Positions 11,130 through 20,901 of a DNA stretch of 64,000 nucleotides are shown here, piece after piece. Source of the stretch: Betaproteobacteria bacterium. Lineage in GTDB: Bacteria; Pseudomonadota; Gammaproteobacteria; Burkholderiales; SG8-39. The notes under the pieces are model-generated. The model ran no database searches and was not told the origin of the DNA. It was given only the letters and a program-made list of their open reading frames with translations. The position numbers and the translations under genes are program-made. Every line of letters begins with the position of its first letter. Positions within the stretch are counted from its first letter, which is position 1. The stretch is from assembly GCA_016195915.1 (NCBI GenBank), contig JACPYS010000028.1, positions 132,542 to 196,541 on the forward strand, given 5' to 3'.

Positions 11130-12266
11130 CTATGCTTTCCAGGCGACGAACTCCTTGTTCAGCACCTGGAGGCGCTGCAGGTTGAGCACCACCTCGCGGC
11201 CGCTGTCCAGCGAAAGCTTCCCGATGACGCCGTCATAGTCCTTGGTCGCCGCGAGCGCCGCGCGCACCTTGTCGGCCTCGCCCGAACCGGCGCGCTTCAG
11301 CGCATCGGCGATCATCAGTGCCGCTTCGTAGCTGTGGGCCGAGAACTTGCTCGGCGTGAGGTTGTTTTTCGCCTGGAACGCCTTGACGAAGGCCTGCACC
11401 TTGGGATTGCCGTCGCCCGGAAAATAGCTCGAGACGAGCAGCAGGCCGTTGGCGGCGTCCCCCGCGAGGTTGATGAGTTGCGGGTTGAACAGCGACGCGC
11501 CGGACATGAACGTCGTCTTGAATCCCATTTCCCGCGCCTGCTGCATCAGGAGTGCCGCTTCGACCTGGAACATCGAGAGATAGGTCACCTCCGGGTTGGC
11601 CGCGCGCAACTTGGTGATCACCGGCTTCAGGTCCTTGTCAGCGGCGTTGATGTACTCGGTCCCCACTACCTGGGCGCCGTTCGCCTTGCTGCGCGCGCCG
11701 AGGTACTCGCTCTGCACCCGGCCAAAATCGTCGTTGCGTCCGATCAGCGCGACGCGCTTCACTTTCATGTCCTTCGTCGCCCAGTCGGCCACGATATTCG
11801 ACTCGAATATCGCGATCGGCGTATTGCGGAATATGAAGTTGCCCGTCCTGGTGATGTCCGGGTGGGACGCCGTCGGCGTAAGCATGATGATGCCGGCGCG
11901 CTGGTAGATCGGCGCCGCGGCGAGGCAGGCTGTGCTGGAGAAATCGCCCACCACTGCGGCCATGTTCTTCGACGAGGCAAATTTCTGCGCCACGTTGGCG
12001 GCCTCTTTCGGGTCGCTCTTCGAGTCTTCGATTGCCACTTCGAAGCGGAAACCCGGCGCCAGGTTCCCGGTGTTGATCTGTTCGACAGCGAGCTCGACGC
12101 CGCGGCGGAAGTCGGCGCCGTACTGCGCCTGGTCGCCGGTGATCGGCGCGGACAGCCAGAGCCGGAACACGCGCGCGGATTGCGCCACCGCGAAACGCGA
12201 AGCACCCGCGGATGCCGCGAGCGAGCCGATGACCAGAGCCTTGAGTACTCCTCTGCGATTCGTCAT
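11130..12266 (-). CDS. ABC transporter substrate-binding protein, LivJ/branched-chain amino acid family
   Basis: Signal peptide MTNRRGVLKALVIGSLAASAGA followed by a type I periplasmic binding fold sequence. ATG at 12266. Confidence 0.88.
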   Translation of the reverse strand: MTNRRGVLKALVIGSLAASAGASRFAVAQSARVFRLWLSAPITGDQAQYGADFRRGVELAVEQINTGNLAPGFRFEVAIEDSKSDPKEAANVAQKFASSKNMAAVVGDFSSTACLAAAPIYQRAGIIMLTPTASHPDITRTGNFIFRNTPIAIFESNIVADWATKDMKVKRVALIGRNDDFGRVQSEYLGARSKANGAQVVGTEYINAADKDLKPVITKLRAANPEVTYLSMFQVEAALLMQQAREMGFKTTFMSGASLFNPQLINLAGDAANGLLLVSSYFPGDGNPKVQAFVKAFQAKNNLTPSKFSAHSYEAALMIADALKRAGSGEADKVRAALAATKDYDGVIGKLSLDSGREVVLNLQRLQVLNKEFVAWKA

Positions 12267-12323
12267 GCCGATCCTCCTGGTGGAAATTGGTTGCATAGGC
12301 TGGATAGCGCGGCCGGCCGGGGC

Positions 12324-12842
12324 TCAGGCGCTGCGGATCCAGTTGGTGGTTACGTTGACCTGGGCGTCGCGCAGCAGCGCATGGAGCGGGCAGAGCCGCT
12401 CGACTTCCTCGCGGAAGTGCTTGAGGCGCTCGTCGTTCTCCGAGGTCTGGATGTGAATCGTCTGGATGACCTTGTGGTAGTGGTAGGCGATCGGCTCGAC
12501 CTGCGAAAACAGCTTGCCCGTGCGCTTCATCTCGACGCGCCGCACGTCGTGCATGCCCTCGGCATCGAACTTGACGCCCTGCAGGTCGAATTTCATCTCG
12601 CGCTTGAGGATGAACATGATCATCGCGGTGCACGAGTTCAGCGCGCACAGGGTCATCTCCAGCGCCGTTGGGCCGCTGTTCTTGCCGCCCAGCTCGTGCG
12701 GCTCGTCGAGGTAGATCGGTGGCAGGTCGCGCACGTGGTTCACGCTCTGGTAGCCGCTGATGTACTCGGTGCTCACGTGGATGCTCTGCAGCCGCTCGTT
12801 GGACTTCACGTCCATGGCTGCGGTCTGACTCAAGTCGTTCAT
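12324..12842 (-). CDS. OsmC-family protein
   Basis: 172-aa ORF from ATG 12842 (MNDLSQ). OsmC-like pattern GGKNSGPTALEMTLCALNSC ... LCPLHALL. Confidence 0.72.
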   Translation of the reverse strand: MNDLSQTAAMDVKSNERLQSIHVSTEYISGYQSVNHVRDLPPIYLDEPHELGGKNSGPTALEMTLCALNSCTAMIMFILKREMKFDLQGVKFDAEGMHDVRRVEMKRTGKLFSQVEPIAYHYHKVIQTIHIQTSENDERLKHFREEVERLCPLHALLRDAQVNVTTNWIRSA

Positions 12843-12882
12843 CGCTTCCTCCTGTGGGAAAATGTTCGGATCAAATGGCGTG

Positions 12883-14691
12883 TCAGCTCCGGCCGAGTTC
12901 GCCCCGGTCGAAGGTCCAGGTGATCGGGCCGCGCGCCGAGCGCATCTCCTCGCGGCGCCGCGATGTCGCCAGCGCATCGACCTCCAGGCGCGGGTCCAGC
13001 ACCACGCCGTAGTACTCGCCGGCGGCGTTCACCGAAACGCGATGATCGAGCACGTCCTCGCGCACAGCAGCCGCCGCGCGCTCCAGCGGATCGCCGTAGC
13101 CACCGCCCCCCGCGGTGATGCAATCGATGATTTCCCCCTGCTGCATGCGGAAACGCTGGCGCGCCGGCACCTTGTGTTCGCTGCCGTCGCCTCGGTGTAC
13201 GATCGTCGACCAGCTCATCGCGGGCAGGCCGCCCTTGAGGCCCCAGGGACGGGTGAAATGCCGGTCACCGCGATGCGTGACCTCGGAGACGCCCTCGGTC
13301 ACCTCGATGACCTTGCGCATGCCCAGGCCGCCGCGCGTCCTGCCGGCACCGCCGGAATCCGCAAGCAGGCGCATCGAGTGCACGCGCAGCGGGTACTCCA
13401 TTTCGATCGCCTCGGTGGGAGCGTTCATCATGTTGGTGATGTCGGTCTCTATATAGTCCACGCCATCCTGCTCCGGGCGCGCGCCCATGCCCCCGCAGAA
13501 CAGTTCGAGATAGACGTAAGCGCGGCCCGCGGCGCCCCGCCGCCCGGAGAAACTCACGCCCTGCATGCTGCTCGAGGAAGCGCGCACCTTGTGCGGCACC
13601 GCCTGCGTGAGACAGCCGAAGATCACGTCGGTCATCCGGCAGACGGTCATCGTACGCGCATTCACGGCCGCCGGATGGCGCGGATTGACCACCGACCCCT
13701 CGGGCAGCGTGACGCTCACGGGGCGGAAACAGCCCGCGTTGTTCGGCAGCGTGGGATCCGTCACGCAGCGCACGCAGTAGTAGGTCACGCATGCGGCGTG
13801 CGCGTAGGCGGCGTTGGCCGCGCCCAGCACCTGCGGATCCGATCCGGTGAAATCGACGTGGATTTCGCTTCCCTTCACCGTCATCGTGGCCTGGATGCGG
13901 ACTTTCTTGTCGAGCACGATGCCGTCGTTGTCGAGCCAGTCCCAGAAGGTATAGACGCCGTCGGGAATCTCCTCGATGCGCGCGCGCGTGAGCGCTTCGG
14001 CCCGGTCCATCAGTTCGGCCACCACGTCGAGAATCCCGTCGGCGCCGTACTCGTCGCACAGCGCCTGGAAACGCTCGGCGCCGGTGCGCACCGCCGCGAT
14101 CTGCGCGCCGAAATCGGCAAGCGTATGGGTCGGGATCCTTACGTTCTTGAGGATGATGGAGAGCACCTGCTGATTGAACTCGCCCTTTTCCATCAGTTTT
14201 ACCGGCGGCAGCACCAGGCCTTCCTGGAAGATCTCCGTGGCATCCGGCGGGAGACTGCCGATCGCCATGCCGCCCATGTCCTGCTGGTGCGCCATGCACG
14301 AGGCGAGCGCGACCAGCCGGCCCCGCCAGAAGACCGGCGTGAGGATGTTGACGTCGGGGATGTGCGTGCCGCCGTCGTAGGGGTCGTTCATGATGTAGAC
14401 GTCCCCCTCCGACATGGTCTGCGCGGGATAGACCCTCAGCACCGACTTCACGGTCGCTGCGAGCACCCCAAGGTGCTGCGGCAGCGCAACCGATTGCGCC
14501 ATCGTTTCGCCTTGGCGCGTGAACAGCGCGCAGGAGCAGTCCGCGCCTTCCTTGATCACCACCGAAAAGGCGCTGCGGATCAGCGCCGACTCCATCTCCT
14601 GCGCGATGACGTCGAGCCGGTTGCGCACCACTTCGAGCGTCACCGGATCGACAGCCCGCCCCCGCACTTCCTGTTCGCCCACGTTGCCCAA
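12883..14691 (-). CDS. Hydantoinase B/oxoprolinase family protein (HyuB-like)
   Basis: DPVTLEVVRNRL, NDPYDGGTHIPD and GGGGYGDPLER are typical hydantoinase_B motifs. Confidence 0.92.
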   Translation of the reverse strand: MGNVGEQEVRGRAVDPVTLEVVRNRLDVIAQEMESALIRSAFSVVIKEGADCSCALFTRQGETMAQSVALPQHLGVLAATVKSVLRVYPAQTMSEGDVYIMNDPYDGGTHIPDVNILTPVFWRGRLVALASCMAHQQDMGGMAIGSLPPDATEIFQEGLVLPPVKLMEKGEFNQQVLSIILKNVRIPTHTLADFGAQIAAVRTGAERFQALCDEYGADGILDVVAELMDRAEALTRARIEEIPDGVYTFWDWLDNDGIVLDKKVRIQATMTVKGSEIHVDFTGSDPQVLGAANAAYAHAACVTYYCVRCVTDPTLPNNAGCFRPVSVTLPEGSVVNPRHPAAVNARTMTVCRMTDVIFGCLTQAVPHKVRASSSSMQGVSFSGRRGAAGRAYVYLELFCGGMGARPEQDGVDYIETDITNMMNAPTEAIEMEYPLRVHSMRLLADSGGAGRTRGGLGMRKVIEVTEGVSEVTHRGDRHFTRPWGLKGGLPAMSWSTIVHRGDGSEHKVPARQRFRMQQGEIIDCITAGGGGYGDPLERAAAAVREDVLDHRVSVNAAGEYYGVVLDPRLEVDALATSRRREEMRSARGPITWTFDRGELGRS

Positions 14692-14703
14692 AGTTGTCAG
14701 CTC

Positions 14704-15492
14704 CTATCTTTGTTGCGTGCGCCGCGGGAAGTCCATGCGCCCCGCGGAAAATCCGTTGTCGACGACGATCGTTTCGCCGGAGATAGACGCTGCCTGCTCC
14801 GATGCGAGAAAAGCCACGGCGGCCGCGACATCGCGCGGCTCGACGATGCGGCCGAGCGGGCTGTTGGCGCGATAGTAATCCGCCACGCGCTGGAAGTCCG
14901 CTCCGCCGGGATCCTCCCGGGACACGAGCCCCGGCGCCACCGCGTTCACGGTGATTCCGTAGGCGCCGTACTCGAGCGCGAAGGATCGCGTGAGCATCTC
15001 CAGCGCCGCCTTCGAAGCGGCATAGAGCGCCGCATTCGGCCGCGCGTAGCGGTAGTTGCCCGAGGTGATATTGACGATGCGGCCGCGGATACCGGTTTGC
15101 GCCATGCGCTCGGCCACGCCCCGGCTGGCGAGGAACGCGGCGCGGACATTCAGGTTCATCACGGCGTCATACTCCTCGGCGGAGACCTCGGCAATCGCCC
15201 GGTTGAAATTGACGCCCGCGCAGTTGACCAGCACCGCGACGTCGCCCGAACCGGCCTGCACCTCGCCGAGCAGTCGTCCCACTTCCGCCTCGACACGCAG
15301 GTCGGCACGGTAGATCCGGGCCCGGTCGCCGAAAGCGGCGAGCGCATCGCGCGCCCGCGCGGTGCCGGCTTCGCTGGATCCCGCCGCCGCCACCTTCGCG
15401 TCGCGCGCGAGAAACTCGCGCGCGATGGCAAGCCCGATTCCGCCGGTGCCGCCGGTGACCATGACCGCGCCACGGATCCAGGGCTCAGCCAT
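14704..15492 (-). CDS. Short-chain dehydrogenase/reductase (SDR) between hyuA and hyuB
   Basis: VMVTGGTGGIGLA, NCAG and YAASKAA motifs. Overlaps the hyuA stop by 8 nt. Confidence 0.9.
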   Translation of the reverse strand: MAEPWIRGAVMVTGGTGGIGLAIAREFLARDAKVAAAGSSEAGTARARDALAAFGDRARIYRADLRVEAEVGRLLGEVQAGSGDVAVLVNCAGVNFNRAIAEVSAEEYDAVMNLNVRAAFLASRGVAERMAQTGIRGRIVNITSGNYRYARPNAALYAASKAALEMLTRSFALEYGAYGITVNAVAPGLVSREDPGGADFQRVADYYRANSPLGRIVEPRDVAAAVAFLASEQAASISGETIVVDNGFSAGRMDFPRRTQQR

Positions 15493-17557
15493 GAGGCTTC
15501 ATGTCCAGGATCAGGTTGCCGTGCGGCTCGACACGGGCGCTCTCGCCGGGGAACACGACGGTCGTGGTGTCGGGCTGCTCGACGATGAACGGGCCCGGCT
15601 GCACCTGCGCGTGTGGAAGGCGTTCGCGGCGGAATACCGGCACTTCCATGTAGCTCCCGGTCTCCCGGAAATACACCGGGCGCACGCCGGTCTGCGCGTC
15701 CGTCCAGGATTTTCCCGCTGGTGGCGGCGCCAGATTCGGGCGCGGCACCGGGGTGTAGTGCACCGTGCGCAGGTTGACGAACTCGACCGACGCGTTCCTG
15801 TTGTGCTGCTTGTAGACGCGCTGATGCATCTGGTGGAACTCCTCGACCAGGCGCGCCAGCGCCGCGCCGTCGAGTGCGCCGGAGAGTTCGACCTCCAGCT
15901 CGTACGATTGCCCGAGGTAGCGCATGTCGGCGTAGCGGCGCACGCGGATGCGCTCGGGAGCGATCCGGTCGCGCCGCATCGCCGCTTCGCCAAGGGCTTC
16001 CAGGCCGCGATAGGAGCGCTCGAGTTCGGCGAGATCGACGGCGGAGGCCGGGCGCGCGAACGACATGGCGTGGTCGTGCTCGATGTTCGACACCAGAAGG
16101 CCGAACGCGGACAGCACGCCCGGGGTCAGCGGCACGATCACGCGAGGAACGCCAAGCATGCGTGCGAGCGGCCCGCCGTGCAGCGGCCCGGCGCCGCCCA
16201 GCACCGTGAGCGCGAATTCGCGCGGGTCGAAGCCGCGCGCCACCGTCAGCAGGCGGATCTCGTCGGCCATGTGATTGTTGAGGATGGTGTGAATCCCGGC
16301 GGCGGCCTCGACCTCGGATATCTTGAGTCGGCGCGCGAGAGCTTCGATTGCTCGGTGCGCGGCATCCGGATCGAGCGCCACGTCACCGCCCGCGAAGTAG
16401 GCGGCGTTGAGGTAACCGAGCACCACGCTCGCGTCAGTCACCGTGGGCTCGGCTCCGCCCGCGCCGTAGCAAACCGGCCCCGGCACGGCGCCCGCGCTCT
16501 GCGGGCCGACGTGCAGGCTGCCCGCGCCGTCCAGCCACGCGATGCTGCCGCCGCCCGCGCCGATGCTGCTCACTTCGATCATCGGAATTCGGATCGGGTA
16601 CTTCATCACGCGCCCCTCGGTCGAGGTGAGCGGCTTGCCCTCGACGATCACGCCGATATCCGCGGTGGTGCCGCCGATGTCGTTCGAGATCAGGTTCTTC
16701 TCGCCGCACATCTCGCCGACGAGCTGCGCGGCGATGACGCCGGCCGCGGGGCCGGAGCGCAGCAGGCTGACCGGCCGCTCGCTTGCGGAGGCGGCACTGG
16801 CGATTCCCCCGCGCGACTGCATCACCTCGAGCTTCGCCGCCACTCCCTCGCGCTCCAGTTCGTTTTCGAGCGAGCGGATATAGCTCGACACCTTGGGCCG
16901 CAGATAGGCGTCGAATGCCGTCACCAGCGTCCGTTCGTATTCGCGGAACGTCGGATCGATCGCGGACGATATCGAAACCGCGAGACCCGGCACCTCGCTT
17001 TCGATGATCTCCCGCGTACGGCGCTCGTGCGCCGGATTGAGAAATGCGAACAGGTAGCACACCGCGATGGCCCCGACCTTGTGTACCTCGTGGAGCTCGC
17101 GCACCGCGGCGCGCACGGCGGCCTCGTCGAGCGGTATCAGGACGCTGCCGCGGCTGTCGATGCGTTCGCGCACGCCGTAGCGGCGCCGGCGCGGCGCGAG
17201 GACCACCGGTGTCTCCGGCTCGATGAACAGGTTGTAGAGCTCGGAGCGTTTCTGCCGCCCGATGGCGAGCACGTCTTCAAAGCCTTCGGTGGTGATCAGT
17301 CCCGTGCAGGCGCCTTTGCGCTCGACGACCGCATTGGTCGCGACCGTGGTGCCGTGGATGAACCGCGCTACGCGGTCGTTGTTCAGGCCGGCCATCGCGA
17401 GCACGCGCCGCATGCCGCCAATCACGCCCTGCGCCGGATCCGCCGGCGTGGTCGGCACCTTGACCAGATGCAGGCGGCCCTGCGTCGTCGCGCCCACGAC
17501 GTCCGTGAACGTCCCGCCCACGTCGATCGCAATGCTGACTTCTTCCGGCATCTCCAT
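15485..17557 (-). CDS. Hydantoinase A/oxoprolinase family protein (HyuA-like)
   Basis: IAIDVGGTFTDVV, SNDIGGTTADI and EVSSIGAGGGSIAW are actin-like ATPase motifs of the hydantoinase_A family. Confidence 0.92.
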   Translation of the reverse strand: MEMPEEVSIAIDVGGTFTDVVGATTQGRLHLVKVPTTPADPAQGVIGGMRRVLAMAGLNNDRVARFIHGTTVATNAVVERKGACTGLITTEGFEDVLAIGRQKRSELYNLFIEPETPVVLAPRRRRYGVRERIDSRGSVLIPLDEAAVRAAVRELHEVHKVGAIAVCYLFAFLNPAHERRTREIIESEVPGLAVSISSAIDPTFREYERTLVTAFDAYLRPKVSSYIRSLENELEREGVAAKLEVMQSRGGIASAASASERPVSLLRSGPAAGVIAAQLVGEMCGEKNLISNDIGGTTADIGVIVEGKPLTSTEGRVMKYPIRIPMIEVSSIGAGGGSIAWLDGAGSLHVGPQSAGAVPGPVCYGAGGAEPTVTDASVVLGYLNAAYFAGGDVALDPDAAHRAIEALARRLKISEVEAAAGIHTILNNHMADEIRLLTVARGFDPREFALTVLGGAGPLHGGPLARMLGVPRVIVPLTPGVLSAFGLLVSNIEHDHAMSFARPASAVDLAELERSYRGLEALGEAAMRRDRIAPERIRVRRYADMRYLGQSYELEVELSGALDGAALARLVEEFHQMHQRVYKQHNRNASVEFVNLRTVHYTPVPRPNLAPPPAGKSWTDAQTGVRPVYFRETGSYMEVPVFRRERLPHAQVQPGPFIVEQPDTTTVVFPGESARVEPHGNLILDMKPHG

Positions 17558-17564
17558 TCCCGTT

Positions 17565-18269
17565 CTATCCCAGGTAAGCGCGCATCATCTGTTCGTCCAT
17601 CGCCAGGTCCTTCGCAGTGCCCTCCAGCACCACGCGCCCGGTCTGCAGCACGTAGCCGTAGCTCGCCGTGCGCAGGGCGAGGAACGCATTCTGCTCCACC
17701 AGCAACACCGCTGTGCCGGCGCGATTGATTTCGCGGATCGCCTCGAACACGGTCTGCACCATGATCGGTGCGAGCCCGAGCGAAGGTTCGTCGAGCAGCA
17801 GCACCTCCGGGCGCGCCATCAGCGCGCGTCCGATAGCAAGCATTTGCTGCTCGCCACCCGAGAGCGTTCCGGCGAGCTGCTCGCGCCGCTCGGCGAGACG
17901 CGGGAACATCCCGAACACGCGATCCAGACCCTGCTTCATCTCGCCCTGCAGCCCGCGCCCGTAGGCGCCAAGCTTCAGGTTCTCGAGTACCGACAGCCCG
18001 GCGAACACGCGGCGGCCCTCGGGACACTGCACGATGCCGAGCCGCGCGATCTCGTGCGGCGCCATGCGGGAAATCGCGCGGCCGCGGTAACGGATCTCAC
18101 CGCCCGAAGGCCGGATCTCGCCCGAGAGCGCCCGGATCGTCGTGCTCTTGCCGGCGCCGTTCGCCCCGACGATGGTGATCAGCTGCCCTTCTTCGAGCCG
18201 CAACGACAACCCTTTGACGGCTTCGATCGGTCCGTAGGCAACGCTCAGGTTCTCGGTCTCGAGAATCAC
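17565..18269 (-). CDS. livF: Branched-chain amino acid ABC transporter ATP-binding protein (LivF-type)
   Basis: GANGAGKST Walker A and LSGGEQQML signature. A GTG start at 18269 overlaps the livG stop (GTGA). The longer ORF to 18812 is spurious. Confidence 0.9.
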   Translation of the reverse strand: MILETENLSVAYGPIEAVKGLSLRLEEGQLITIVGANGAGKSTTIRALSGEIRPSGGEIRYRGRAISRMAPHEIARLGIVQCPEGRRVFAGLSVLENLKLGAYGRGLQGEMKQGLDRVFGMFPRLAERREQLAGTLSGGEQQMLAIGRALMARPEVLLLDEPSLGLAPIMVQTVFEAIREINRAGTAVLLVEQNAFLALRTASYGYVLQTGRVVLEGTAKDLAMDEQMMRAYLG

Positions 18270-19045
18270 GCCGCGGCCTCCGACCCGAGGTAGGCCTGGA
18301 TTACCCGCGGGTCGCGCTTGACCTCCTGCGGGGTGCCTTCGGCGATCTTGCGTCCCTGGTCCATCACGATTACCCGGTCCGAGATGTCCATCACCACGTT
18401 CATGTGATGCTCGACCAGGAGAATCGTCTTCCCCAACTCGTCGCGCATGCGACGGATGAGCGCGTTTAGATCGTCGACCTCCGCCGGATTCATTCCGGCC
18501 GCGGGCTCGTCGAGCATCATCATGCGCGGCTGCGCGGCGAGCGCGCGCGCGATTTCGACCCTGCGCTGGTCGCCGTACGCGAGGTAGCGCGCGAGCTGGT
18601 CCTCGATTTCGGCAAGGCCCAGCAGGCGCAGCAATGCCCCGGCCTCGGCCTGCAGGCGCTGTTCCTCGCGCCGCTGCGACGGCAGGCGCACCAGCGCCGA
18701 GAGCAGGCTCGCGCGGTTTCCGAGCGTGAACCCGACGAGCACGTTGTCGCGCACGCTCAGGTTCGGAAAGATGCGCAGGTTCTGGAACGTGCGGCCGATG
18801 CCGCTCGCGCACACGCGGTGCGGCGCGAGCCCGACCACGCTGCGGCCGGCGAATCGGATGTCGCCCGCGCTCGGCGGATAGATGCCCGTAATCACGTTGA
18901 AGGCCGTGGTTTTGCCCGCGCCATTCGGACCGATGAGGCTGACGATCTCGCCTTCGTGCACGCCGAACTCGAGATCGTCGACGGCCTGCAGTCCGCCGAA
19001 GCGGCGGTGCAGTCGATCGACTTCGAGCAGCAGCGGCTCGCTCAG
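18266..19045 (-). CDS. livG: Branched-chain amino acid ABC transporter ATP-binding protein (LivG-type); start codon uncertain
   Basis: GPNGAGKTT Walker A and the LAYGDQRRVEIARAL signature region. The conserved N-terminal strand LLLEVDRLHRRFGGLQAVDDLEF is in frame upstream of the first GTG (18961), but no ATG/GTG/TTG precedes it. CTG (19045) or ATC (19051) overlap the livHM stop. Confidence 0.8.
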   Translation of the reverse strand: MSEPLLLEVDRLHRRFGGLQAVDDLEFGVHEGEIVSLIGPNGAGKTTAFNVITGIYPPSAGDIRFAGRSVVGLAPHRVCASGIGRTFQNLRIFPNLSVRDNVLVGFTLGNRASLLSALVRLPSQRREEQRLQAEAGALLRLLGLAEIEDQLARYLAYGDQRRVEIARALAAQPRMMMLDEPAAGMNPAEVDDLNALIRRMRDELGKTILLVEHHMNVVMDISDRVIVMDQGRKIAEGTPQEVKRDPRVIQAYLGSEAAA

Positions 19046-20901
19046 CGGGATGCTCCCGGCGCCTGGCGCGCGGCGCTGAAGCCCAGCAGCCCCTGGGGGC
19101 GGAACAGCACCACCAGCAGCATCGTCAGTCCGTACACCGCCTGGCGGTAATCGGAAGCGAAGCGCAGCAACTCCGGCAGGCCGGCGAGCAGCGCACCTCC
19201 GAGGATGGCGCCCGGAATGCTGCCGAGCCCGCCGAGGACCACCATCGCGAGGATCGCGATCGACTCCATGATGTTGAAGCTGTCGGGACTGATGAAGGTG
19301 ACGAAATGCGCCCAGAAACTGCCGCAGGCCCCCGCAATTGCGGCTGCGACGCCGAAGCTGACCATTTTCAGCACCCGTGCGTCCACCCCGACGCTGGAGG
19401 CGCCGAGTTCATCGTCGCGCATCGCCCGCATGGCGCGGCCGAACGCCGAGTCGACCATGTGCACGACCAGAACGGTCGAGACGGCCAGGATAGCGAGGAT
19501 GAAGTAGTAATAGCCCACGCCATCGACCTCGACGCCGAACAGCGAGGGCTGCGGAATGGAACGGATACCCATCGGACCGCGCGTGAAGTCGACCCAGTTG
19601 AGCATCACCACCGAGATGGTGCCGCCCAGCCCCAGCGTGCCCATCGCCACGTAATGGCCGCGCAGGCGCATTACAGGCGCAGCGAAGGCCATGCCGAACA
19701 GCCCGGTGAGCACGATTGCGGCCGCGAAACACGCGGGGAAAGGCCAACCCGCCTGCGTGGACAGAAGCGCCGAGGCATAGGCCCCGAAGCCGTAGAACGC
19801 GGCATGCGCGAGCGAGATGATGCCTGCGAACCCAGCCACGATGTTGAGGCTGAGCGCGAGCGTGCCGTAGACGAGCATCACGGTCATGATGCGGCGCGCG
19901 TAGGTATCGGTGACGGCAAGCGGCAGGAGCAGCAGCACGCCGATCACCAGCCACAACGCGGGCCGGCGGAACTCGAGGCTTGGGACCGGAGGCAGCGGGA
20001 GCACGTTGAGGCTCGCGCGCTCCATCTTTTCCAGCCGCCGGTGGCCCATCAGCCCGGTCGGCCAGAACAAGAGCACCACCACGAGTGCGAGCAGGGCGAT
20101 CGCGTCGCGCCAGGCAGAGGAGATGTAGACACTCCCCATCGACTCGGCAATGCCGAGGAGCAACCCGCCTACGATCGCGCCGCTCATGACTTCCATCCCG
20201 CCCAGCACCGATGCCGCAAAGGCCTTGAGCATCGCGGCCGACCCCATCGTTGGATTGACGGCGTTGTAGAGCGCCGCGCTGAGGATTCCCGCGATCCCGC
20301 CGAGTGCGGAGGAGACGCAGAACGTGACCAGGATCAGCCGGTCGACGTTGAGGCCCATCAGGGCATCGGTGCGGCGATCCTCGGAAACCGCGCGCACGGC
20401 CGTGCCGAAGTGCGTCCTGTTCAGAAACAGATGGAGAAGTCCGATCGAGACGACCGTGACCGCCATGGTGATCAGCTCCCAGACAGTGACCGTGGTGCCG
20501 CCGAAGCTGTAGGGCTCGTGGGACACGGGGGTCTTGAAGGGCTGCGTCTCCGGCCCGAACACGAGTTGCACGACGTTCTCGAGAAAAATGCCGAAGCCGA
20601 GCGTCGTGATGAGAGGCATGAGTAGCGGAGCGTCACGCAGCGGTCTGACCGTCACGCGCTCTATGAGCCAGCCTACGAGGTAGGCGCCGCCGGTCGCCAG
20701 GGCGAAGGCCGTGACGATGTTCAGGCCCAGCGTTTTGAGCAGCACGAGCGCGAAGAACGCGCCCGCCGTGAGCGCCGCGCCATGGCCGAAGTTGACGATA
20801 TTGAGCACGCCGAAGACAAGCGAGACCCCCACGGCCGCCAGCGCGTAGGTGCCCCCGACCGCCAGGCCGGTGACGATGACCTGCGGCAGCAGATCGATCA
20901 A
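19042..20901 (-). CDS. Fused LivH-LivM branched-chain amino acid ABC transporter permease
   Basis: 619-aa ORF. The N-terminal half is LivH-like (NIVNFGHGA). After a linker (GHRRLEKMERASLNVLPLPPVPS) comes a LivM-like half (ISLAHAAFYGFGAY). A TTG start overlaps the upstream stop (TTGA). Confidence 0.88.
   Translation of the reverse strand: MIDLLPQVIVTGLAVGGTYALAAVGVSLVFGVLNIVNFGHGAALTAGAFFALVLLKTLGLNIVTAFALATGGAYLVGWLIERVTVRPLRDAPLLMPLITTLGFGIFLENVVQLVFGPETQPFKTPVSHEPYSFGGTTVTVWELITMAVTVVSIGLLHLFLNRTHFGTAVRAVSEDRRTDALMGLNVDRLILVTFCVSSALGGIAGILSAALYNAVNPTMGSAAMLKAFAASVLGGMEVMSGAIVGGLLLGIAESMGSVYISSAWRDAIALLALVVVLLFWPTGLMGHRRLEKMERASLNVLPLPPVPSLEFRRPALWLVIGVLLLLPLAVTDTYARRIMTVMLVYGTLALSLNIVAGFAGIISLAHAAFYGFGAYASALLSTQAGWPFPACFAAAIVLTGLFGMAFAAPVMRLRGHYVAMGTLGLGGTISVVMLNWVDFTRGPMGIRSIPQPSLFGVEVDGVGYYYFILAILAVSTVLVVHMVDSAFGRAMRAMRDDELGASSVGVDARVLKMVSFGVAAAIAGACGSFWAHFVTFISPDSFNIMESIAILAMVVLGGLGSIPGAILGGALLAGLPELLRFASDYRQAVYGLTMLLVVLFRPQGLLGFSAARQAPGASR

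Noticed and set aside
18266-18961. livG as a 5'-truncated pseudogene starting at the GTG at 18961.
   Set aside because: The upstream 28-30 codons remain open in frame and encode the conserved ABC N-terminal strand. A non-canonical start is therefore more likely than truncation (see the livG finding).
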